A stretch of 64,000 bases of DNA from Podarcis liolepis (lineage: Eukaryota): NCBI GenBank assembly GCA_965112155.1, contig OZ218101.1; one strand, written 5' to 3'. Each line of letters opens with the position of its first letter. Position 1 is the first letter of the stretch. The notes beneath the pieces are model-generated. The model searched no databases and had not been told where the DNA came from. It worked only from the letters and a program-made list of their open reading frames with translations. Positions 42,553 to 54,046 of this stretch are shown piece after piece. A program made the translations under genes and the position numbers.

Positions 42553-42739
42553 CTGGTGAAAATATTACATTCTTTTTATAACAAAAAACCCTACAGTTTA
42601 AATACACCAACAAAAACATGACAAATATGCTCCCACTGTTCAAGATAAAATACATTCTTTATTAAAAGAGTGTAATCATCTTTATTTAAAAGTTTTTATA
42701 TACAACGCAAGGATCAGCATAAGACTAACTGGCATGATA

Positions 42740-42908
42740 CCGTATTTTTCGCTCTATAACACGCACCCGACCATAACACGCACATAGTTTTTAGAGGAGG
42801 AAAATCCGTAGGCATGCCACCCGTAGGCATTCCCTCCATAACACGCACAGACATTTCCCCTTACTTTCTAGGAGGAAAAAAGTGAGTGCTATGGTGCAAA
42901 AAATACGG
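42740..42908. mobile_element. CCGTA-ended (Tc2-like) MITE, short form
   Basis: TA|CCGTATTTTTCGC...GCAAAAAATACGG|TA. Confidence 0.8.
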
Positions 42909-43562
42909 TAATTTAAGATTTTAACAGAACTAGTGACTATGAATTATTCCACAATTCTTCATTAAAGTGCTGTGGCTGGGATGCAAAAAAACCTGCACAA
43001 CTGCTTTATTTATTTTCATTTTCACCCTGCCTCTCGGCCACAAAATACGCATTTAAAACAGCTAAAAATCAATAAAATGTTATTAAAACCATTTAAAAGC
43101 AGGACAGAACTACATGAATACCAATCAGCATTTACCATGGTAACATGAATATTGGATTGAAACATTTGTACAGGAAAAAAAATGGCAGACAGAGGAATAT
43201 TTAAATATTCTCTTGAGCCTGCTAGTTGTCTCCAAGTCTACATTAGCATTCTGAGACAAATACTTGGTTAACTTTATATATTATTTTTACCACACATTTC
43301 ATCATCATCATCATCACCTTGTATGCCACTTTTGAACAAAATTGTGCCCTGAGTAGTCTCCGATGTATCAAATGAGTGATAAGAAAAACAATTTTTTAAA
43401 AAGCCCTATCAGGTAGAATCATAATGTTTATAAATAAATACCAAAATATTCATTCAACAATATATAAAAATATAAATAAAATAAGCTGACAGCTTAAAAA
43501 CACAAACAGGAGGAATAATACCTAACATAGAAATAAACCAGTAGTACTTTACTTTACTACTA

Positions 43563-43925
43563 GGGACGCGGGTGGCGCTGTGGGTAAAAGCCTCAGCGCC
43601 TAGGGCTTGCCGATCAAAAGGTCGGCGGTTCGAATCCCCGCGGCGGGGTGCGCTCCCGCTGCTCGGTCCCAGCGCCTGCCAACCTAGCAGTTCGAAAGCA
43701 CCCCCGGGTGCAAGTAGATAAATAGGTACCGCTTACCAGCGGGAAGGTAAACGGCATTCCGTGTGCTGCGCTGGCTCGCCAGATGCAGCTTTGTCACGCT
43801 GGCCACGTGACCCGGAAGTGTCTCCGGACAGCGCTGGCCCCCGGCCTCTTGAGTGAGATGGGCGCACAAACCCCAGAGTCTGTCAAGACTGGCCCGTTCG
43901 GGCAGGGGTACCTTTACCTTTACCT
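43563..43925 (+). mobile_element. Sauria SINE, full length, young (CpG-rich)
   Basis: Head gggacgcgggtggcgctgtggg, (ACCTTT)n tail; perfect 15-bp TSD tttactttactacta at 43548 and 43926. Confidence 0.92.
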
Positions 43926-44363
43926 TTTACTTTACTACTATTTTCAGCGCAGGGAGACTCAAAGTGGCATATGAGATTAAAAATAAAACACAAAAGCAAC
44001 CCAGCAATTTAATACAGCAGCAGATAAAAAGCAACCAGCTATTCTCCACCTAAGCTATTTTTGGTGATGGTTAAGCTCAGCCTTCCTTGGCAAAGCCCAA
44101 GCAAAGGTTTGCTACAGCACTGATAAAAACTGATGTCAAATTGGCAACCCTCCTCCAGCAGGCTACTTGACTTAAGCCAGAATTTTTAGGTCCAATAGGA
44201 CTAAGTTAGCAGCATGAATGTCTAGTTGAAACAGCTCTACTAGGAACAATCAGCAATATACAAGTCTGGGGAAAGGCTGCACCCAGAGCCTTCACCCCTT
44301 TGTCATCAGGCACTACAGACACCTTAGCTGTCCATGTGCGGAGATACTGTCTTCCAGCACCTC

Positions 44364-44640
44364 TAAAAGGTAAAAGGTATAGGACCCCTGACAGTTGTCC
44401 AGTCGCAGACAACTCTGGGGTTGCGGCGCTCATCTTGCTTTACGTAAAGGCCAAGGGAGCTGCCGTTTGTCCGCAGACAGTTTCTTCCGGGTCATGTGGT
44501 CAGCATGACTAAGCCGCTTCTGGCGCAATGGAACACTGAAACCAGAGCAGCACACGGAAATGCCGTTTACCTTCCTGCCGGAGAGGTACCTATTTATCTA
44601 CTTGCACGTTTTTGGTGTGCTTTCAAACTGCTAGGTTGGC
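44364..44640 (-). mobile_element. Sauria SINE, 5'-truncated
   Basis: aaaggtaaaaggt tail complement plus the conserved core; forms an inverted pair with 43563-43925. Confidence 0.8.
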
Positions 44641-45351
44641 TACTTCCTCCTAATTCTTTCATTCATTTCTGCTTCATTCTTGCACCATGCATAGAAGAGC
44701 TACTTCATGTATTATGATCCTGTATTTATTTTAACTCCTGTTTTAAATGTTAAATTCTACATCTGTGGGAAAGTGTGAGAGCTCAAAAACCATTCAAGGT
44801 CTCACTGCCCCAGGGCAACAGAGGAAAATAAATTCAAGCAGGCCTTATGAAGAAAATATAAAATCTATTTACTGAACAAAACAAAAACATCAAATTTTGT
44901 CCATCTTGTGATAAACTAATTACATGGGTAAGAAAGGGAGAATTTTTGACCTTTTTTGTCAACAAAGCCAAATATATGTTTAGTGACTTCAAATGACATT
45001 TAAAAAAAAACATTTGGTCACGTTTGAAAGCGGCAAGAGGACATTAGAATCATTGTAAGAAGATGAGGAGGATGAAAGCACATGCTAGTAAGCAAGTACT
45101 GAGAGAAGCATGTGCTACTGAGAAAGATGAACCTGAGAATTGTCATCTTAGACATTATGTGTTACATAACAGAAAAAAATGAACTGTTTTGCTCTGGTTC
45201 TGTGGAGGAGCCAACGGAGCAAGGCAGTTGTCACAGCACCATGGAGAGCTCCTAGTGAGCAATGTATTTCAAAAGGGGTTGAAAGTGAACTGGGACATTT
45301 GGGGCTTCTGTTTCCAGACCACCTCTCCTAGGCTCCACCCTATTTTGGAAA

Positions 45352-45427
45352 ACCATACAGAATCACAGAATTGTAAAGTTGGAAGGGACTCTGAAGAACA
45401 TCTAGTCCAACTCCTTGCAATGCAAGA
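45352..45427 (-). mobile_element. CR1 LINE 3' end
   Basis: cagaatcacagaattgtaaagttggaaggg...catctagtccaac, reverse complement of the CR1 tail. Confidence 0.7.
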
Positions 45428-46046
45428 TTCACAACACGAGGTTCCCTCATCCAAACTGAAACCATACAGGACCCTGCTTAGCTTTGCAAATGTGCTAGTA
45501 TTTTTATTGCTGCACCACTAAAGAACAAACTCTTAAATGGGTCAAACCTCTAGCTGGAGGTCTTCTGTGTTCCACGACACTTCAACTGAATCCAAAAGAG
45601 CCATAAATATGGTCTTAACTGAAGGGAACAGACCAGAAGGACTGGGGAACGAAATTGTCCCTACATGGAAAAGCTCCAAGTCTAGAAATTCACATCCATC
45701 TAATGAAACCATGTGCATGGCTAAGAGCATCTTTGGGTAGTTTTTACTAGGACAGTTCCCATAGTGAACTAGGAAAGCCAACGTTCGATTTTAAAAGTGT
45801 CTACAGTTAGCTATAGGAGATTGAGCGGCAAATGAATGCTACGCAGAAAGCGCTGGATACATGCACAGTTTGTTTGATAACAAATCACTTCTTTGGACCA
45901 CAACTCAGGTTATATATGTGTATAAATAAGACATGTGTGATTAAATAATACAATTGTTCAGTATGCACATCTTTGAAATATTTCAGAAAGTTACTTTTGG
46001 TCTACCAAGAACATTTTGAAGTCCTATTAAAGAAAGGCATACTCAC

Positions 46047-46215
46047 CCCAGTTCTGTCATGCCATCTACAAATTCTTTTTTGCTGAATTCACACTGTGTG
46101 GCTGCCCTAAATTTCCATGCTATGACCAAAACACTGATACTAGCAGGGTCCAAGCTTAAATCATCACAAAACTGTTGAATCCCATCAATGCCAATTTTAT
46201 TCTCATCTTGCGGAT
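46047..46215 (-). CDS. DCUN1D2: DCUN1D2 exon 3 (169 nt)
   Basis: Encodes [57 protein letters not shown]; tacAG| and GG|GTGAGT. Confidence 0.96.
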
Positions 46216-47376
46216 CTGTATATAGAGGAGGAAAGAATGTTATATTTTTTCATAAAGAATCACAGTTCAAAGAATTGCAGCTCTTTAACCATCAGAAAAC
46301 ATCCTGCTATTCCATTTTTCACAAAACGGAGGGGGCCGGGGCTCATGCACACCATGGGGCGTGGTGACGTTGCACGGCCACGGCCCCCTCAATCATGAGG
46401 GCACAGTAGAGCACCTGCCTAGATCTGCAATCCACAAAGTTTTTAAGTTAAAGCACTTGAAGCCAAGTGGTCAAAAACCTTAAAATCCAAGTACTCTAGC
46501 TTAACCCACCTACAGATGCGGCTGTAAACACACAGCTTTAATCCAAGAAACTTCCAGACATACTTCTGTTTTCTGTGTCTCATATGAAAGCAATTTCAAA
46601 CTTTAAAGAAGCTCACTCCTGTTGTCTTCTTTACACTTAAATGTTTCATATGACAGAATGGAATTACAAAATTCAACTGGGTTGTGAATCTAAACCAGGT
46701 ATCCTCCATCTGAACAACATTATGTCCTCCAGACATTTGTTTTACTAGGACTCTCATAATCCCTGGCCTGTCTGGAACTGATGGGAGTTGCAATACAACA
46801 GCTAGAGGGCACTACATTTTTTCTATCCAATCTAAACTACACACCTTAACCTTACTAACCAACAAGACCATCCTCTCTGATTTTCTTTAAAATTGAGTTC
46901 CAAAATTTAAATAAATAGTATGTCAACATTTTATAGTACAGTATATGTTGAAATTTCAAAGAAAGACAGTCTTACTTTTAAAATTCCAACTGAAGAGTTG
47001 TAATGATATTTAAAATAGACCTTTGTACTGGATGTGTTTCACATCTCCATAAATCTCTTAAGGGCTTGAAAAACAGATGATTGCTGTAAGAGGTTATTAG
47101 ACAATCATACACACAAGAACAGATTTTCTAACTTAAATTCTATGGATCACTCTAGTCTTTCATTCATCTCTCTGAGAGCCTGCTTTTGAAACAGTTAACT
47201 ACAGGTGCAAATGAAATGTCCCCTTCAAGTCTGCTTCTGTTTAAAAGTCCCTATAATACTAATAAAGGACAATAAGCTACCTTGAGCTCTCCAATTTTCT
47301 GTATATGCTTAGTGGAAATGTGATCTACAACTCTGCCATTTGTGACATAGTTGTGTTTTTTTTACAAGTAGAACTA

Positions 47377-48541
47377 CCGTATTTTTCGCTCTATAACACG
47401 CACCTGACCATAACACGCACATCGTTTTTAGAGGAGGAAAACAAGGGAAAAAATATTCTGAATGAAACAGTGGACGTATCATTTTTGTGATTCATGCTGT
47501 GGCCACAGACATGTGATCTGATGGTGAATTTGGGGTGACCCAATGCAAAAATCCTGAGAATCCCTGTGGATCCATGCTTTGTAACCACGTTTTTGCACCA
47601 TTGCAGCCCCAGGCAACAGTGGGTGCGTGATTTTTTTTGGGGGGGACAGGCTGTAGCCATGGACATGCTATGTGCTCTGATGGTGAATTTTGGCTGACCC
47701 AATGCAAAGATCCTGAGGATCCCTGTGGATCCATGCTTTGTAACCACGTTTTTGCACCATTGCAGCCCCAGGCAACAATGGGTGTGTGATTTTTTCTGGG
47801 GGGGGGGACAGGCTGTAGCCATGGACATGCTGTGTGCTCTGATGGTGAATTTGGGGTGACCCAATGCAAAGATCCTGAGGATCCATGTGGATCCATGCTT
47901 TGTAACCACATTTTAAGTGGGGAGGGAAGAAAAAACACAGAAGGCTAAGAATGCAGGAGAGGGCTATAACGTGAGGAAAGGAAGGCAAAAGTTTCCCCCC
48001 ACCCACCCACACAAGCCAGCCACTGTTTAAGGATTTCATCCTTTTAAATGGAAGAAAGCATATTTGAATGCTGTGTGTCTCCAAAAACAAAAAGCAGGAA
48101 GTCAAATCAGAATTTTAAGCCGAACCTGTAATCTCTCTTCCCTTCACAAACATTGTTCCCTCCGGAGCAGGGACAGGATAGAGCGAGGGACGCTCTGCTT
48201 TCCCCTCTACTTGCCTGGAGGGGAGGGGCTTTCCCTGCTCTTTGTTTGGACGCTCTGCTCTCCTCTCTACTTGCCTGGAGGGGAGGGGCTTTCCCTGCTC
48301 TTTGTTCCGTTTGAGCAAACACAGCAACGAAACAGAGCAGGGTGGGCAGAGAGACCCTGAGGCAGAATGCAGGAAAGCAACAGCTTTCTCTCTCACGGAG
48401 CTCCCTTCTCCCTGAAGCGCGGTTTGATTTTTGCCTTATTTTTCGGCTACAGGGACCACACATTCGCTGCATAACACGCACAGACATTTCCCCTTCCTTT
48501 TTAGGAGAAAAAATCTGCGTGTTATAGAGCGAAAAATACGG
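47377..48541. mobile_element. CCGTA-ended (Tc2-like) non-autonomous DNA transposon, long form with internal tandem repeats
   Basis: Perfect TIRs CCGTATTTTTCGCTCTATAACACGCA / TGCGTGTTATAGAGCGAAAAATACGG, TA TSD. Internal ~160-bp unit x2.5 (47518-47911) and 60-bp unit x2 (48188-48306). Confidence 0.88.
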
Positions 48542-49586
48542 TAATAACGTCTTTCAGACACCAACATATTATTATAACACATTTCATTGGAGCTGTCAGC
48601 TGATTAAAGTATTTTGGTTTGTTAACAATCTGTCTTTTAACCAATTGCTTAAGTAAATTTGCATATTACCCAAACATCAGTACGTTCTGAGATAAAGTTT
48701 AGCAAATGATTGCTTACTGAAGACTGAGTAAGCTACCAAGCAATTTAGAAGAAAAGACCTTATTCAATCTCTTACAATAGTACAATAGAAGTGTTAACAC
48801 CAGACATTTAAATCCCAGAATCCTGGAAATTGTAGTTTGTTACAGGTGCTGAGAGTTGTTAGACCTCTATTCCCTTCTCAGAACTAAAATTCCCAGAGTT
48901 CCATGGGAAGAGGGATTGAGCGCTGTTCCTCTGCTAACAGGGAGGTTTAACAATCAGATTGCATCCATAGTACTGGGAGACGCTATTAAACTTTAAAGCA
49001 CAAGCACTGATAAACATTACACTGAAAGTGGCAAGGATTCAAGGCTGGGTGAAAAATCTTACAGATTTGAACCTCCAAAGGACAGTGACTGATTTATTTT
49101 TATTTTTTTAAAAGCTTTATAGGGACAAACCAATGGCAAGATGTGCCACTCATGATACAGATCTCCTGTTCAGTCCGGTTGAGATGGCATAAAGTCCCCA
49201 ACCCTGGTTCAGTCAAGATACACTGGTGTACCTTGCACATCCCAGCTCAGCCAGTTGAGCTATGGCTGGTAAATGTCACCCAAAAGGGGCGTTATGGGGC
49301 TAAGCTCACTGAAGTGCAGCAGGAGCAGGAATGAGGGAGCAATGCAGCCATGATCTACTCTGGAGCTTGCACACTGGGCCATGTTTTAGCTTTGTATTAC
49401 TTGTGAAAGAGAGCACAGAATATAAATCCAAGCAAATTACAGATTTAAATATAAATAATTCAACAGTGACATAGTCTCACATATAACTGCGAAAAATTAA
49501 GTATGTTTTCACTCCTTCACTGGATACTAAGCCTTTTTAAGAAATTCATATTGTTCTACCTCTCAATTTGTGATGAACATAACATA

Positions 49587-49746
49587 CAGGCAAAGACCAA
49601 TTTGCGTGCATCCAATTGATATGCGACTGCGTGCACTGCATTGACCCGGAAAACATAATGAACCGGGGTGTAATGTGCTTATGTGAACTCTGCCATTGTG
49701 CACGATTACCCAGAATGCAACACCCATGTAAATTGGGGGTTGCCTG
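49587..49746. mobile_element. CAGGCA-ended MITE (TA TSD)
   Basis: TA|CAGGCAAAGACCAATTT...AAATTGGGGGTTGCCTG|TA. Confidence 0.6.
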
Positions 49747-49924
49747 TACAATAATAAAATACAGACAACCCCAAGTGTGCACGGGGGTTGTGTTCTGGGT
49801 GATCACGCATGTTAGCAGAGCGCACGTAAGCCCCACCCCTACTTTAAAGGAGTTGTTGGCATCTGCCCTTCTCAAGAGACAATGGAGTGAAACTCCAAGG
49901 GTGGAGTCAAATCACTGTGATAAC

Positions 49925-50648
49925 AGCACCAGTGACTTCCCCAGGGTGCAAGCCTGAGCAGTGTGTATGGAGGCCCTGGGCTGCCCAGATGACAGGACCC
50001 CCTCAGCCTCGCTGATGTGGTCCAAAGGGAAGCGGAGCAATACATTTGGCAACAGCCTGGCTGCAGGAGTTGCCCGAAGGAGGTGTACAAGATGCCATCT
50101 AACCATTTTAGGGACTCTGCTCTGGATTTGTGTAGGGTTTGCTCCTTAGCTTTTTCTTCTCTTGAAGATATTTAGCATGGCAGCCAAGGTTTAGGATCAG
50201 CTTTTTTCTAGATGGGCTACCTTCCCAGGTTCACAAGTCCCACCTGCCTCTCACTTCCCTCTAGCATGGGTAGGCAAAATAAGGCCCGGGGGCCGGATCC
50301 GGCCCAATTGCCTTCTAAATCCGGCCAGTGAACGGTCCGGGAATCAGCATGTTTTTACATGAGTAGAATGTGTGCTTTTATTCAAAATGCATCACTGGGT
50401 TATTTGTGGGGCATAGGGATTCGTTCATTGTTTCCCCCCAAAATCTAGTCCGGCCCCCCACAAGGTCTGAGGGACAGTGGACTGGCCCCCTGCTGAAAAA
50501 GTTTGCTGACCCCTGCTCTATAGCATGTGCAGAATCTGCCTTCTTGACCAGTGGACCCAATATTGTCTCATCCATTCAATCCACCAGAACCTGTCTTCCT
50601 ATGCAACGGAAGTCCCTAACTCACCAGGGGTTTCAAACTCACCTGGTT
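49925..50648 (-). mobile_element. RTE-clade LINE 5'UTR-like relic, interrupted by a MITE
   Basis: Minus strand reads ...gtgggacttgtgaacctgggaaggtagcccatctagaaaaaagctgatcctaaacc...gcttgcaccctggggaagtcac, resembling RTE 5' leader motifs (from recall); no ORF. Confidence 0.4.
50265..50515. mobile_element. hAT-superfamily MITE nested in an older element
   Basis: catgggtaggcaaa...tttgctgacccctg; imperfect 8-bp TSD ccctctag/ctctatag. Confidence 0.8.
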
Positions 50649-51530
50649 TCAAAGGAGTATACACTTATATAACCATCAACGTAGGCATTCCAATGTGAAT
50701 GAGAATGCACTTTAGAGCACATGTTCTATGGAAAACAATGCAGGGAGTATAAAACCACCTCCATTCTTACGCCCATAACACCAGCAAGTGATTGACAATA
50801 GAAACTGGATCAGGGTGATGCAATTTAATTATAAAAAGTCTTCAGTTCATGTGTAATGAATCAGATACTACAAGATCCACACAGTCCGTAGTGGCTGACA
50901 GGGTAGTGTGGGTGGGGCTGCATTGCGCTCCCACTTTCCCAACTTGCTTTGCACCATGAGGGGGCAGAATTGGGATCATTGGATTGACCCTGCAGCTGCA
51001 CCCAAAACGTGCTAATTATCTCACTACGTTACCCCTCCCACCCTTGGTAACCAGCAATGACCTGTGGCACTGGGAAGGCCAGAGAGCAACACAGCCCTAC
51101 CCATATGACCCTGCTAGCTACAGCTATATATAGCACTTAATATACTGCTAGTACATCTCACACATACAAATTTAAGCGGCTAGATTGCTTTTCCTTAGCA
51201 CGCATGCTGGATTTGCACTTACAGTGTTTTCAATTTTAAAATAGAATTATGTCATATTGAATGGCAAAGATAAAGCAGGGGGAGAGAGCTTTATACTTGG
51301 AGGTTGTGATTATTACAGTAGTATATACAGAGATCATTAGAACAGACTTCTACATTCACATTTAGTTTACAGCCTGATACTATGCATGTTTACCCAGAAC
51401 CAAATGCACTGAATTCAATGGGTGTTGCTTCCAAGTAGATATGTTCAGGATTACAGATTCCCCAAACCCCAAAGATTTAGGCAAAAGCTGAAACCAAGTC
51501 CAAATGAAATAATGAAAAAATAAACCTTAC

Positions 51531-51747
51531 CTTTGTACCTGTTATACAATTGTTCTAATTTCTTTCTGTCTATTGAAATTTTCATGGATTCTTTGTAGTA
51601 CAAGTCTGGGTTCTGGAAGTAGTTGTCTGTTGCCACTTCTAGTTTCCACTCATTCTGCATTAAACAGTATATAGCAGTCCTTTCACCAGCCTGGGTAACT
51701 GCCATAAACTGGCGGACCTTGTCCTTCTGAGACGATTTAAGTTTATG
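51531..51747 (-). CDS. DCUN1D2: DCUN1D2 exon 2 (217 nt, UBA-like domain)
   Basis: Encodes [72 protein letters not shown]; aaAG| and AAAG|GTAAGG. Confidence 0.95.
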
Positions 51748-53322
51748 CTTTGGGATGCAAAAGAAGCAGGAAAGCCAATGAAGCTAATCCAGTCGTTTGT
51801 TTCAGAATTCTACTATAACTGCCTATCTTTTAAAAGGGTTTACTTCTCTTGTTGGGTAACAAATTTCACTCCAGAATAACCCAAAGAAATCCTTGTTCTT
51901 CTGTAGTTAAAGACAGCACTCTCTTCTGAAAACTGAAATGACAGCATCTATATGTACATTTTTAACAAACAAACAAAATTCTGAGTGCAATTCATTTCAG
52001 TCTTAGCATTACAATTCTAGATACATCAGCTTTCCTCATTAGAATATCCAGTTTTATCTACACAGTAGCTATTCATTAAGGGGGCCAAATCTTTAGTCAA
52101 GTAACTTTTAAGTAGTGGTGTTATGATAAACCTAAGAACAAAACTGTGCCCTTATAAAGCATGAAACGACATGTAATTACACTACCATATATTCAAGGGT
52201 CTAAAAACACTGAAGATACAATCCTTTACACATTTACTTGGGAGTTAAGTTCCATTAAAATGAATGAGCTACTTGAAAGCAAACATGTATAGGATTGCAC
52301 TTAGTTGCAATATCAGTGGAGATACATAATCATGATAAAAATCAGAAGCCGGCATTCTAAAAGTATTGTTTCAGGTTAGAAACCAAAATAAATAATAAAT
52401 AAATGTGTCATCCAAAAACACAGTAACATGAAGTCACTTTAACAGTACATTCCTATTGCATTAATGTTTCATTTGCATTTCTTTACTGCCAGTACAGTCT
52501 TGAAATATCTCTCAGTAAGATGAACACAGTTGTGATATTTTGTGTCACCATTCACGATGGCATTTTCTTTATAAAATCCTCTTAGCATACGAAACTGCAT
52601 GACCAAAACTACAGCAAGACTTCTCTCCTATTCTAAAGAAGCCCCGTGTAAAAAAATGTTTGTGAAAGAGTCCTGAGAACCACCACATTGGAAAATAAAT
52701 CCAAGTAAAACATGGCTCCTGTATCCTTACTTGCCAGCCAATTTCAAGATCCAGGAATTCAAGGTTTTATCACTGAAGTAAAGAGAGGCTTGCTTGTTTT
52801 GATTCATCATTCACTTTTGGGGATAATGTGAGAAGTTGAGCTTTCACAAGCAAGAATAATGAATAAAATATAAATAAATAAATAGATAAGCAAGAAAGCA
52901 AGCAAGCAGTTAACTGAACTTCCTGAATCAGGATTTCTATTTTATTTTTTTAAAATACATTTATTCTGATTCTATTTTGAGATCCTCATTTAAACTCGGC
53001 TTCCTCTCCAAATAAACCACTCATTATCATACCTAGCAGGAGACAAATGAGGGGAAATTCAGCGATGTCAGATCCTAACGGAGTGTGTGTGGGAACGATT
53101 TGGTCTTAGAAGCGCAAAAGGACGGAGGGAAGAGCACCTTAGCGCCTCACGGGCAACTCATTCACCTGCGGCTCCTTGCCCCCCCGCGGGACAGCTCACC
53201 CCGGCCTATATCCCTCCCTATAAAAAACCCCTCTCGCCAGAGCTGCTCACAGAACAGGTCGAGGAAGTGCGGGTGGGAAATATAGCTCTGGGGGCCGGTC
53301 TGTAAGAAGCGGGACAAAATCG

Positions 53323-53360
<38 letters not shown>
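53323..53360. repeat. (GT)n(GA)n compound microsatellite
   Basis: Direct reading. Confidence 0.9.
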
Positions 53361-53361
<1 letters not shown>

Positions 53362-53972
53362 GTCGTCAGGCTGCTGCACCCTGCCAGCTTCTCCCCTGAC
53401 CAAAAAAGGGAAAGGTACGTGGTGGAGTTAGTGGTGGTGAGAGCCCGTCAGCCAGCCGTGGTGGCAGTAAGTACTGTAGCTGCGGTGCTTCTGCTATTAG
53501 CTTCTCCCCCAAGAATCCCATTACACGCACGCACGCACGCACGCACAAAAGAACAACCTCCCTTTCATTCACACGAGACGCACACCCGTGTGTCCGGGTT
53601 AGTGTTACAGGATCGCCTCGGGGCTTGGAGAGCTTCAATGACGGGGAAGGAGAGAGGGGGGAGAGAGGAAGGCAGACAGGGTTAAGTCTCAAAAGAGCCT
53701 TTGCCGCCCCCTCTCCAAAAAAAAAAAGCCGGCCGCCTCGTGACCTTCCTTGACTGAGGCGCCAGCAGACGGGAGAGACCTAAACGGGAAAGAGAGCAAG
53801 GTCGCTCGCTGCGCTGCACTTTGCCCTCAGGCGGCAGCCCGGCGGGAGGAGCTTTTATCCCGCTGCTTCCTCCTCCAGCTCGCGGAAGCGGGAAGGGGGG
53901 GGGGCGCTGTTATTAAACAACCGGTGCAGTTTTTCCTCTCTCCTCTCCCCCCCCCCCCCGCGCGCAACCTAC

Positions 53973-53975
53973 CAT
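53973..53975 (-). CDS. DCUN1D2: DCUN1D2 exon 1 coding part (ATG only; GC-rich 5'UTR extends to roughly 54130)
   Basis: Minus strand reads gataaaATG|GTAGGT inside the CpG island. Exon 2 starts in phase 0 with CAT (His2), so an ATG|GT exon end is required. Confidence 0.8.
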
Positions 53976-54018
53976 TTTATCAGCGGCGCTTTCAACCAAC
54001 TTCACTATCCAGCGCCAG

Positions 54019-54046
54019 CGCTGCTGCTGCTGCCGCCGCCGCCGCT
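54019..54046. repeat. (GCT)n(GCC)n triplet tract in the DCUN1D2 5'UTR
   Basis: gctgctgctgctgccgccgccgccgct upstream (on minus) of the ATG at 53975. Confidence 0.85.

Noticed and set aside
47518-47911. CRISPR-like repeat array
   Set aside because: Head-to-tail tandem units with no unique spacers, in a vertebrate intron.
47391-48487. Repetitive ORFs of 93-172 aa
   Set aside because: They arise from tandem repeats inside a non-autonomous transposon; no transposase motifs.
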